A DNA stretch of 64,000 nucleotides. Source: Euprymna scolopes. Taxonomy: Eukaryota. Both the position numbers and the translations under genes were made by a program. Below the pieces are notes generated by a model that saw only the letters and a program-made list of their open reading frames with translations, was not told where the DNA came from and searched no databases. Position 1 is the first letter of the stretch. Each line of letters begins with the position of its first letter. The stretch is taken from NCBI GenBank assembly GCA_053919585.1, contig CM132822.1. One strand, written 5' to 3'. This document shows, piece after piece, positions 26,926 to 39,575 of this stretch.

Positions 26926-27180
26926 TTAATTATAGACTAACATGGTTTTCTGCTAGTCACTTATTTAAGACATTAGTATTCCAAGAATTCCTGGAGATCA
27001 GACCCTTCTTACAGGGCATACCTAAAATGCTTCTTACTATACATATAAGTCAAAACCATTCGATACCCTCTCCAGTCTGAAAATCAGACGAAAATGCACC
27101 ACTCCTGTACCCTTTGTCAACCATACAAGAAATTTCAAAAGTAGGTTGAAACCACAGCACCAAAAGACGAAACCTTAGAT

Positions 27181-27254
27181 GAAGATGGACCAATTTAAAG
27201 AGATGTTTAGCAGATAAATATCTGCTGAACATCTCTTTAAATTGGTTCATCTTC
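27181..27254. repeat. 36-bp inverted duplication (fold-back) of UGP sequence
   Basis: gaagatggaccaatttaaagagatgtttagcagata-aa-tatctgctgaacatctctttaaattggttcatcttc, with 2 mismatches between the arms. Confidence 0.9.
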
Positions 27255-27442
27255 AAGATGCAAGAAACTAGGTCATCCATAAATTTTGATAAAAGTGAAC
27301 TAATTCCAGATGATGTGATTAAATCCTACGCACATATTCAGCAAAGCTCAAACATGAAAGTCCTTAAATTGGTTGTGATGAAGGTGAATGGGAGCCTATG
27401 AACAAGTATGGGTTGTCGGGGTCCCAGAAGCGCTATCTGGAA

Positions 27443-27963
27443 TGATCTTTACTTTCTTGATCTTTACTTTCTTGATCTTTACTTTCTTGATCTTTACTTT
27501 CTTGATCTTTACTTTCTTGATCTTTACTTTCTTGATCTTTACTTTCTTGATCTTTACTTTCTTGATCTTTACTTTCTTGATCTTTACTTTCTTGATCTTT
27601 ACTTTCTTGATCTTTACTTTCTTGATCTTTACTTTCTTGATCTTTACTTTCTTGATCTTTACTTTCTTGATCTTTACTTTCTTGATCTTTACTTTCTTGA
27701 TCTTTACTTTCTTGATCTTTACTTTCTTGATCTTTACTTTCTTGATCTTTACTTTCTTGATCTTTACTTTCTTGATCTTTACTTTCTTGATCTTTACTTT
27801 CTTGATCTTTACTTTCTTGATCTTTACTTTCTTGATCTTTACTTTCTTGATCTTTACTTTCTTGATCTTTACTTTCTTGATCTTTACTTTCTTGATCTTT
27901 ACTTTCTTGATCTTTACTTTCTTGATCTTTACTTTCTTGATCTTTACTTTCTTGATCTTTACT
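27443..27963 (+). repeat. Perfect 15-bp minisatellite (tgatctttactttct) x ~34.7 inside a UGP copy
   Basis: 521 bp with no visible variant unit. The flanks are UGP GPRSAIWN and TVQQIE. Confidence 0.97.
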
Positions 27964-30900
27964 GTCCAACAAATTGAGTAGCTGAAGAGTCCAGTTTGAC
28001 TACGAGCTTTAGTACGGCCAAGGTTGTTGCACAATAGCCAAAGTATAAAAACAGTTAAGGATAGAAACCATTCTAAGGGCTTCACCTCACAGACCCACCG
28101 TTGCTTATGTGAACATTTTTACAATATGAACCCATAACATCAGACCCGTCAATATATTCATAGCAACCGAATCTTATGGCATTGAAAAAAAAAAATCACA
28201 AAACCCACTCCATTCCGATTTCTATAATGCCGACAAACTGACATTGCTGTTATGGAAATTTACCGTGATTTGATAGTATTTCAAAAAATTATAAAAGTAA
28301 CAACTACCATAGAGCTATAATATAACTCCCAAAACACCGAAAACTTATTCACTAATGCGCCAATACAAATTTTTTATACAGGGAATTTAAAAAATCGGTT
28401 GAAACAATAGCACCAAAGCAAAATAAATGTAGGTAGACCAATTTAAAGAGCCGTTTTGAAGATTTGTTAGAAACCTGGCCATCCCTAAATTGGGATTGAA
28501 TCAAACTAATCCCAGAGGAGATTAAATCCTATGCAGACATTCAGCAAAGAACGCTCAAAATCATGAAAGACCTCAATGAATTAGTCGGGAAGCTTAATAC
28601 TGGCCTAGTAACAAGTATGGGTTGTCAGGGTCCTAAAAGTGCCATCTGTCTGGAATGATCCCACATTCAATATTGCTGTCCAACAAATAGAGTATCTGAA
28701 GGATCTAACTTGACGAGCTTTACAATCAATAAAACAAACCTAACATACCAGATTGGTCAAAAATTCACACTAACAGTTGGTTTACATAAATATCAGACAA
28801 ATTTTATAATGGAATTAAATTTCTCATTTTCGTTGAAATTTAATTTAAATACGAAGAGAGCAATGGTTCAAAAACCAAAGTGAAAACGTTGGTTGAAACA
28901 GCAGCACTCGAAACCAAAAACAAAGAAAAGTCGATATCTACCACTTAATATAAAACGATAGACCAATTTAAAGAGTTGTTTAGCAGATATTTGCAATAAA
29001 TCAGGTCATCTGCAAGTTGGAATAAAATCAAATCAATCCCAGATGATTAAATCCTTTGCAGACATTCAGCAAATAATGCTCAAAATCATGAATGGCCTCA
29101 ATAAATTAGTTGAAGATAAAGGTGGCCTAGGAACACGTATGGGTTGTCAGGGTCCCAAAAGTGCCATGCGTCTGGAATGCTCACATTCCTTAATCTTACT
29201 TTCCAACAAATAAAGTATCTGAATGATCCAATTTTACCATTGGAGGAGCTTTAGAATCAATAAAACAAACCTATCATACCAGACACGTCAAAAATTCATA
29301 CTAACAAGAATGGAGGGTTTACATAAGTATCGGACAAAAATTTTATAATTCAATTAAATTTTCATTTAATTTTAATTTACCTACGAAGTGTCTAAGAGAG
29401 CAATGGTTCAAAACCAATTTTCTATTTAATAATTAGAGGGAAGATAAAAGACGTTATCGGCGGGGGAGTATTCATATTGTTATAACCGCAGGTAACTATA
29501 ATATTAAAATTAAAGATTTCATCAATATAAATTGCAGGTTTACAATGTACTACAAAATTCAAAAATAATTTTTGTATTATTTAGAATTTGTCTAGTTTTG
29601 CGCTATGAAAAATCGACTTGTCACTTCCAAACTCTTGGATACTTCATACGAAAGTACAAAATTGCCACTATTGGAAGAATCATTTTCAGATAAGCGGTGT
29701 CATTACCGTGCGGGAAAAAAATCCCAAAGATCCAACTTCTAAACATTAGATATGCAAGAAAATGACTTTACACTAGTTTTCTATTAGGCAACCAGTTTCA
29801 ATAAGCTACTGCTGAAATTCTGAAAGAATTGAACTATCATAGTAAGCGACCGATTCAATATATATTGGGATAGATACGGAATACATTCCTACAGCGTTTC
29901 CTGACTGAAAGATTGCTAAATGCAGACCATAGATCTGAAATCCACAACAGGTTTGCATAAAATTAAAAGCATTAGACGACCATTTTAAATAAGCTACCAC
30001 CTGGTTTTCCAAATATGTAAAGGTGAAATAATGCTCTGAATACAGACTTAAACATTGGACGTAGAATGCATCCCTGATCAATCATTTCTATAATAAATAC
30101 AAAATCTGAGATAATATTCAAGCGTATATTTCACAACTTATTCAAAACGCTTCGTAAGGATTATTTGATAATTCTGACAAACTATTTTTTGTCCGAGAAA
30201 CTGGTTCTCGTCACTACTGAATTCCATATGGATGGACCAATAAAACCGGGTCATCTGTAAAATGGAATAAAATAGAAAAAAAAACCCAGATGCGATTAAA
30301 TCCTATGCAGACATTCAGCAAAGAGCTCAAAATACGTCAAGACCTCAATAAATTGGTTGTGAAGCCAACTTAAAGATGGCTAAATGCAAAAGATCCGAAA
30401 TCCTCAACGTGTGCAGACATAAGGAAATATTTGCAGAAAATAAAAGGATGTTTCCACTAGTTACTAGAATACCAGACCATTAGACAACCATTTTAAATAA
30501 GCTACCACCTGGTTTTCTAAATGTGCAAAGGTGAAATACTGTTCTGATTACAGACTTCATGATTGGATGTGGAATGCATCACTAATAATCAATAAAGAAT
30601 TATTTCCATAAATAAGAAATCTGAGATGATATTCAAGCGAATATTTTACAACTGGATAACTTTGGCCGGCATGCTAGTAAATTATAGACTAAAAAAATTG
30701 TTTGAATCATCAAATAAACGTAACGAACCCAGCTAATCGTTATATTAAACGGATATGGTTTTCTACAGATCACTATAATTTAAATGATAGAATAATTATC
30801 TTTCAAAAATTCCTGAGATAGGACCTTTCATACAACGCGTATCTAAAAGGCTTACTATTCATCTATTGATGTCTCGATTTGTCTCCCCTAATAAAGAAAA

Positions 30901-33304
30901 TGCAAATCAATCATGAACTTCGCGTTCGAATCTAAATTCTACCAATGCTATAATCAATCCCCCAATATATACATAACTGCCACGCTAGACACTGAAGACT
31001 TAGTCATTAACGTTCTGATAAAGACCATAAAAATAATTCTTGAGTCTACAAACAATGCAATAACCAGTCTGGTCAGAAAAACCGATGAAAATGCACAATT
31101 CCAGTTCCCTTAGTTGAATATACTGTTCAAACATTTGACTATTGGTTAGCTTTTATACGACCAAGATAGCATAAATACCTAAAGTATAAAAACAAGGTAA
31201 AAATGAATTTATTACTATACATATTGATATCTGTCGCCTTTAAAAAAAAAGGCCAAAGCAATCAGGAATTTCTAGTTTGAATCTTAAAACTTTGTATCTT
31301 TATCATATCCTCATCCACAAAAACATCATAGAAACCCAATAATAAACGTAACCGCATGGATAGATATGTGCATCCATGTTGTAAAATGCTGGTAGTGGTT
31401 TTTAAAATTTATAAAAAGTTCCTTGCCGTCTTTACTCCAAAATTCCATTAAACAGTAAAATTAAAAAAAATTTTGAATGAAGCAGAACCCACCATGAATG
31501 GAATTTTGAGCTGAAATTTGACATGCGTCATATCCGCATTTTACAAAACAATCATAGAAGCAAAGTAATTAAAGAGAAAACATCCCTTACAGCGCACAGT
31601 ATAAAGTAAAAATTTAAGACGTTTAGAAAATACGTTCTATATAACTCCACGTTGATTTTATTAAAGATGACTTGCTTTTAGTTTATTTTAGACGTTCGGT
31701 TTTTGAATAAGTCCATATGAAGCAGAACCAATCATGAATTTTACGTTTGAATAAAATCTACTAGAGCTATCACGCTATAATCAATCTCTTCAAATACAGA
31801 ACTGTCTCTCTGGACATCGGAAACTTAATCACTAATTTCTGATAATTATTTTTATGGTCTTATTTAGTCTACAAAACTATGCGATACTTCCTCTAGTCAG
31901 AACCCAACACCTCGAAAACTTGTTAAAATACACCACTCAAGTTCGCTGTGTCCACGATAAAGGAAATTGCAAAAGTTGGTTGAAACAGTAGCACCCAAAT
32001 ATAAAAATGTCAGATGAAGATGGACCAATTTGAAGAGCTATTTAGCAGATATTTGTAAGCAACTGGGCCACATGTAAATTTGGATGAAATCAAACCAATA
32101 CCAAAGGTTGTGATTAAACCACATATAGGCATTTGGCAAAGATCTCAAAAATGGGAAAGAGCTGAATAAATTGGTTGTGAGGCTGAATGGTGGCCTCGGA
32201 ACAAGTATGGGATCGGGGTCCCAAAAGTGCCATCCGTCTTGAATGATCTCTAAAAATCCGAAATAGTCATAGAAAGAAAGTTCCTTTTTTTGAATAAGTC
32301 CATATTATAAAAAGGAGGGGACTATATAAAATGAAATATACAAGGAGTAAAAGTAATTGTCAATACCACAAAATTGTAAAATAATTTCGTTTGATGTTAA
32401 AAAAAAAACAGTCTAGGTTTTACACCATGAAAATTACTAATCGCGTTCAAACTGGTAGATAATTCCTTCAAAAATCCGAAATCGTCATAGGAAGAATCAA
32501 TAAATGAATGCAGAGTTCCAGGAAAACCCGTTTTGGATAAGTGCTTGTCAATACCATGCGGGTGAATACCGAAAGATCTGACTTCCTCAACATGTTTAGT
32601 CATACAAAGAAATGGCTGCAAAGAAAACAAGTAAAAGACTTTACACTAGTTTTATAGCAGACAACCACCTTCAATAAGTTCCTGTGGAAATTCTGAAAGT
32701 TGAAAAGGTCACACTGTCTTGGTAAGCAACCGATTCAATATATATATCAGGATAGATGCGGAATATATTCCTACAGCTTTTCCTGATGGAAAGATGCCTA
32801 AATGTAACGGAAACGTTTTGAATAAGAAACTGGTTCCCCTCACTATTAAATCCCAGATAGAGATGGGCCAATTAAAGCTGTTTAGTTGATATTTTAATCT
32901 GCTGAAAATCTGGAAGTTTAAGCCGTCATGGTAAGACGCTGATTCAATATACCTCAGCATAGATGCAGAATACATTTCCTAGAGCGCTTCCTGATTGAAG
33001 TCTGGAAAATGTGAAAGAAACGTTTTTAAGAAACTGGTTCTCGTCATTATTGAATTCCAGATGGAGATGGACCAATTAAAAAAGCTGTTGTGCAGATATT
33101 TGCAAGAAACTGGGTCATCTGTAAAATGGAATAAAAATCAAACAAATCCCAGCTGTGATTAAATCTCATCCAGACATTCAGCAAAGAGCTCAAAAACGTT
33201 AAAGACCTTCTCAATAAATTGATTGTGGTGAAATAGAATTGTAGCCTACGAACACATACGGGTTTTGGAAACGTTTTGTATAAGAAACTGGTTCTTGTCA
33301 CTAT

Positions 33305-33530
33305 GCTGGTGAAGAACTCCAAAGATCTGAAATCTTTAACATGTGCAGACATACAAGGACATTTGTGCATAAAATAAAATTCTTTTACATACTCTTAGAA
33401 TAGCACTCCATTACACCATCACTAAATAAGCTACCCCCGATTTTCTAGATGTGTAAAGGTTAAACAAAATGTCCTGATTATAGACTTTAAATATAAGGAT
33501 GGACGTGAAATGTATCCCCCACTAATCTAA
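33305..33530 (-). pseudogene. Module X': diverged second repeat unit of the module X gene
   Basis: gctggtgaagaactc..aaagatctgaaatc..aacatgtgcagacatacaagg..aataagctacc is homologous to X but distinct (FMQTFPCMSAHVEDFRSLNEFF versus SMQTFPCMSKHVEEVRSLNEFF). Further copies lie near 16560, 19955, 26630, 29930, 30390, 41075 and 59930. Confidence 0.5.
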
Positions 33531-34067
33531 AGAATTTCTATAATACGAAATCTGAATTCATATTTACATGTAAATTTTACAACTAGGCAGCGTTGAGTCG
33601 CATGCTAGTAAATTATAAGCAAATATGTAGTCGTAATTATCAAATAGCCCTTACGAAACCAGATAAGCATTATATTAAACGGATGTTTTTTTTGCATATC
33701 ACTTCAATTTAAATAATATCTTCCAAGAATTTCTTGAGATCTGCTCCTTCATACAGAGAATACCGGAAGTGCTTTTTACTACACATTGATGACATCTTTA
33801 TTTTTCTATAAAAAAAAAAAGTTTTCAATGAACATAAACCAATCATGAAAGTCACCTTTGAATCTTAAATCTATCAAAACTATCAAGCTATAATAAAACA
33901 CCTCAAAAACATAACTGTCTCCATGGCCAGCGAAAACCTAGTCACGTTCCGATAACATTTTTACGGTCTTTTTGAGACCGTTAACAATGCAATGCCCTCT
34001 CCCGTCAAAACCCAAAATCTCGAAAAACTTATCAAAATGCCACTCCAGTTCCTTTGTGGACCATACA

Positions 34068-34431
34068 AGGAATTGCAGAATGTGGTTGAAACTGCAGCAC
34101 CCGAAAAGAAAATATCAAATGGATCCTTTAAAGAGCTGTTTAGCAGATAATTGCAATCAAACCTGACCATCTAAATTTGTATAAAATCAAACCAATCGCA
34201 GGAGATGCGATTAAATCCTATGCAGACATTCAGCAAAGATCTCAAAAACGTGAAAGACCTCAATAAATTGGTTGTGATGAAAATGAATGGTGGCCTAGAA
34301 ACAAGTATGGGTTGTCGAGGTCCAAAAAGTTCCATCCACCTTGAATAACTTCATTTCTTGATCTTACTGTCCCACAAACTGAGTATCTGAAAGATCCGGT
34401 TTGACCATTGGATGAGCTTTAGTTCGGCCAA
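34068..34431 (+). pseudogene. UGP2: UGP pseudogene fragment, one of the longest copies
   Basis: Runs from aggaattgcagaatgtggttgaaactgcagcacccgaaaag (ELQNVVETAAPEK) through aataaattggttgtgatgaaaatgaatggtggcctagaaacaagtatgggttgtcgaggtccaaaaagt (NKLVVMKMNGGLETSMGCRGPKS) to ttcttgatcttactgtcccacaaactgagtatctg. Contains frameshifts. Confidence 0.85.
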
Positions 34432-35192
34432 GATAATTCTTAATACCCAAAGGGATATAGATTAAGTATAACAATCGAGTGAAAGTTGGAAACCATGTTA
34501 GGTTTGTAAGTTTACAAAAAAAACTCAAAGTCAAAACAATGATATAAATGCGGGTGTATCTCAGGTGCCGATCTTTCGACCTTTATTCCTGATATTTACG
34601 AATAACGTTTCTGATAAAATTAAGATGGGTATATTTGCCGATGACACTATTCTCAATAACAGGCACGAGGGGAAAACGGATGAACACCTCGAAGGCAATG
34701 GCAAAAACCCTAGAGGAAGACCTCCAGTCTGTAGTTGAATAGGATAAAAAAAATGATTGTAAAGTTCAATGCTGCTAAATCTAAGCTCGTTTCGTTTAAT
34801 TACAAGAAACTTTCAACCACAAATATGTTTGGCTAAAGATGCATTACATTTAATTACTGTTCAGACTTTTTAGCTAAACCTTCAGAGAATATTAGTGGAA
34901 CAAATACAGATTCGTAATTGTGTCGTGACAAATCCTCAAGGTGTTCAGGATGGTGTGGACGAACTTGTTCAGGACATTACTACACGCGATATATATATAT
35001 ATATATATATTTGGGGGAGGTGCGTTCTCGTCTTCCCTTGTAAAGTGCAGATTCACTTGCATAAGTTCTTGCTTTATATCAACCGAAACATTGCATCTAA
35101 CACGAGAAGAGTAGTCCAAATATTTTAAACTAAACATTATCACAAAATGTTGAAAGCTTGCGTTTTTCACAATATAAATTGTGAATTACACT

Positions 35193-35229
<37 letters not shown>

Positions 35230-36182
35230 TATTGAACTATTCAAGAAAAATTTCAATAGTCAAGTTAAAAATTGAATATATGTCTTGTTTAGAGCGGGGG
35301 GGGGGAAAGGACAAAAATGTATCTGTCCCTGGGTCCCTGCTAGATGGGCATTATGTATGTAAATACAATTACTCACTACACAAAGCCGAAAGATATATGG
35401 TGATAATATTTTATGGGTAACAATTTCAGTTTTAAACTTAAAAGTAAATTAAAAAATATTTACGCCCCATTTAGACCAAAGTGTTTATTTACAAAATTAA
35501 GCTCATTAAAAGTGTTGACAAGTTAACCATTTCACTCTTGATACTTTTGAAATTTGAAAGCATTCAAACTGCCGAATAGAAAGTCATTTGTCTTAGCAAA
35601 TGACTCGTGTATTCAAAGACTGAATCCAATAATTTTTGAAAGAGATTAATGTAGTTAGTGTCATTAATGGTATTGGAAACTCGAGCGGCTAACAAGCATG
35701 GGAATAGCATAACTACCACCTCAGCAAAATGTTTGCTTGCGATTTCAGCAAATCTGACGTTGCCCTTATGGAAAAGGTCTGGATTTAATAGATTTCATTT
35801 CAATGATAGGAAACATTTACAGTAAGAAGAAATTACAAAGATGGGCTCCCTCTACCACACTAGAAAATAACATGTAAAAGAGTTCATACTATATGTTTAC
35901 AAGATTAAAACTTCTAAGCATGGAGTATTGCTACATCTAGGCTGGAGAAACTACCACATAGGGTAAAAAACCAGTCAGACTAATAAGTTCTACTCCATTA
36001 GCAAAGCTTCAACTCCCATCACATTCATGTCTATTTCACATGTATACTGAAAAGTATTTTATGGTCTTTTTGAATCTATGATCGCAATGCGATACCTTTT
36101 CCAGTAAAAAACAAAAAAAAAAAAAACACACACACACACACTAAAATGCACCACTTAGTTCCCTTTGTTGACCATACAGGGA

Positions 36183-36759
36183 TGGGTACATTACCAAATT
36201 GAAAGCCAAGCTGTAATCACGAAAGCCTTCCCAGTAAGCTTGCCACCAGCAATTGGGGTGCTGACCCCAAAACACTGAGGCAAACAACTCTCGCACTGGA
36301 GTATTGTGCCCCAGTATGGGCAAGATCATGCCATGCCCATAAAATTGATGTAGAGCTGAACAAGGCATACCGGACCATAACTGGTGCCCTAAGACCAACT
36401 CCCTTGCCAGCTCTATACTGCCTAACTGGTATTCCACCACATATCAGGTGAGAAGGCATCACCAGAATGGAACGGTACAAACAGCTTAATGACCACAGGC
36501 ACGCACTGTTTGGTCACCAATCAGTGAGACAGACTGAAATCTCACAGTAGCTTCAATATAGAGGAAATAGATCCCAGGTAAGATGGAACGATGGCGAGAC
36601 GATAACAGCAGGAATAAAAATGAAGCCCTACCAGACCCAAAAGAAACGATGCACCACCTTAGAGAAAACTTCGGATTGGGCCCTCATTGCTCAAACCAAG
36701 ACCTTAAGGAGGCAAACAGCACAGCCATGCAATGGATTAATTTCTATTGCGAAAAGATA
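36183..36759 (+). mobile_element. 5'-truncated Vingi/Ingi-like LINE fragment
   Basis: TLRQTTLALEYCAPVWARSCHAHKIDVELNKAYRTITGALRPTPLPALYCLTGIPP. 14-bp TSD tgaccatacaggga at 36169-36182 and 36760-36773, in the leader of a UGP copy. Confidence 0.82.
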
Positions 36760-38734
36760 TGACCATACAGGGAATTGCAAAAGTTGGTTGAAACAGCAGC
36801 ACCCGAAAACAAGATCTCAGATGGACCAAATATAAGAGCCGTTTAATAGATATTTGCAAGAAGTCATTCCATCTGTAAATTGGCATGAAATTAAACCAAT
36901 CCCCACAACGTGATTTAATCCTATACAGCGATTCAGCAACGAGCTAAAAAACGTCAAAGACCTCAATTGGTTGTGAAGCTGAATAGGAACACTGTGCCTA
37001 AACCTAAATGTAGATTCCATGAACAAAGCTTCTGAGAACTGCACGCCTATGGAATTGTCTTCAGTTTTCCAGCTGACTACAATATGGTAGTCTTCAAGTC
37101 TAATGTAAATAAATATTTTGATGAGCCGTTCCATATGTTAACAAATTTACCGAATTTCCATCACTAACAATCACTATCGTCTAATTTGTATTATAAACTT
37201 TAACCTTTATCAAGGACAAGAGGCAACTCGAGGATAAGTGGTGAGGCCTATGTAAAAAAAAAAAATTTGATTGTCGGGATAACAAAATTGCCATCTGTCT
37301 GGAATCACCTCAAATTTCTTGATCAGTATCTGAGGATCAAGTTTAACTATTTGATGAGATTTAGTACGGCCAAATAGTTGCATAAATATCGGAAGAGATG
37401 AGTAAAAATGTGAAGGATAGAAACCATGTTTGAGTAGTTTTTTTTTAAACTGTCCAAGCAATGATAAAAATGCAGGTGCAGCTCTAGGGGTCGATCATTG
37501 GTTCTTTACTCCTAATAGTCATAAAGGACCTCCCTGATAACATAAATAGTCTGAGAGGTATATTTGCTGATGACACCACACTATAACCAGCACGAGGGAC
37601 ACAAATGAACACACATCCAAGGCAATGGCAGACACCTTAGAGGAAGACCTCCTGTCAGTAAGGGAACAGGTTAAAAAAAAAAAAAAAACCATGCTTCCAA
37701 GACTACTCGTTTTCTTTATTACAAGAAACCTCCTCAACCACCAATTGCTATGGCTTAAGATACATTACTTGAAATTGCTTCGTTCAAGCTCCACAGCTTA
37801 ACTCTGAGAACATGACATGTAGCAGATACATTGCTAAGGCTGCTGCAAAAGTGGGTACCACCGTGGTAGAAAGTTACTCATGTCTGAAAGTATCCTGTAC
37901 CTCTACAAGGCTCTCAGCAGCGTTAAAATTCACGCCAATCAGAATAATGTGCCGTCATCAATAAAACGTTTTATATCACTTCATGTTGATTTATTTTTTT
38001 TTAGCAAAAAAAATTAAATTTTAAAATTAAAAACTAAAAACACTCGTCTTTATATGGTTATAAGAGGGAATTGTATTTATAAAATATTAAAGTAAATGAA
38101 ATATAAAATTAAAAAAAAATGTTATGTAAATTGATTGCATTGAATGTCAAGTTAAGATAGATTTACAATGTACAACAAATTTGTAAAATAATTTTCTTTG
38201 AATTAAAAATCAATCTAGGTTTTAAACTATGAAACAAATGACTAATCACGTTCAAACTGGTGGATAATTCATCCACAAATCCGAAATAATCATAGGAAGA
38301 ATCATTTTTAAAAAATGCAGAGTTCCATCAAAAGACGTTTGATAAGTGGTTGTCATTATCAGACAGGTGAACAACTCATTTAAAGATTTGATTTCCTCAA
38401 TATACAAAGAAATGCCTGCATAGAATACAAATAAAAGACTTTGCACTAGTTTTCTACTAGAAAACTACTTTCGATGAGTTCCTGCTGAAATCTTGAATGT
38501 TTAAAGATTAAACTGTGTCATGGTAAGCGACTGATTCAACATATATCAGGATAGATGCGGAATACATTCATACAGCGTTTCCAGACAAAGCTGGCTAAAT
38601 GAAAAACACGTTTTAGAGAAACTGGTTCTCGTTACTATCGAATTCCAGATGGAGAAGGACCAAAAGCCTCAAAAAACGTCAAAGACCTCAAACTGGTTTT
38701 GTGGAACCTGAATGGTGGCTTAGGAACAACTAGA

Positions 38735-39575
38735 TCGCATACGTGTTTTGTCATCTGTTCCAACTTTGAGAGGAACTTGAACATCTGGTTGAACATTCCC
38801 AGAAATCTGTGAGTTTAAGAAAAGCTTGACATATGACATATATATTATCCTTTACTGCAAGTCTAAGGAAGTCTGTAAGACGGGCATCATTGGAGCTCGA
38901 GCTGCCAAAGTCTACTGTGCATAAGATTCTGAAGGCAAAGCTTCATATGAAAGCTTACAAAATACAGTTACATCAACAGTTGTTAGAAGAGGATTATTAT
39001 GCACGGCTAACTTTCTGTCACTGAAAAACTTTGCAATGTTGATGCATTTGAGTAATTTGTTTTCTGATAAAGCAACATTTCACATTAGTGGCAAGGTCAA
39101 CAGGCATAATTGCCGAATTTGGGGAACTGAAAACCCAAATGAAACTGTTGAACATGAAAGGGACTCTCTTAAAGTTAATGTGTGGTGTGCTTTGGGAAAA
39201 AACTTCGTTCAAGCTCCACACGAATCATAGGGCCATATTTTTTTAAAGATGGTGTTATTAACAGTGACAGCTACTTAGATATATTGCAGAATTACTTTAT
39301 TCCTCAACTTGAACAATTAAACGTGAAAGATGATAGTGTTTCAACAAGATGGAGTTCCTTGCAACTTTACTCGGCGTGTTAGGAAATTCATGATTTAGAA
39401 ACTGTCTAACAGATGGATCGGAAGGGGGTGAACCATTTCATTGGCCTCCACGTCCGCCAGATTTGACTCCATTAGGATTTTTTCATGGGAACATGTGAAA
39501 ACAATTGTGTATGCAACCAAACCTAGTTCATTAAAAGATTTAAAAGCTAGAATAACTAATGCTATTCCAGGCATT
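38735..39575 (+). mobile_element. Tc1/mariner-superfamily (maT/DD37D-like) transposase relic without recognisable TIRs
   Basis: RKSVRRASLELELPKSTVHKIL..KAYKIQL, FSDKATFHISGKVNRHNCRIWG, IIGPYFF, FQQDG, WIGRG and WPPRPPDLTPL. Multiple frameshifts. Confidence 0.88.

Noticed and set aside
27443-27963. CRISPR array
   Set aside because: The repeats are head-to-tail with no spacers, the context is eukaryotic, and there are no cas genes.
27388-28085. Four long ORFs (179-229 aa) as real repeat proteins
   Set aside because: They are a by-product of a 15-bp unit that lacks stops in four frames.
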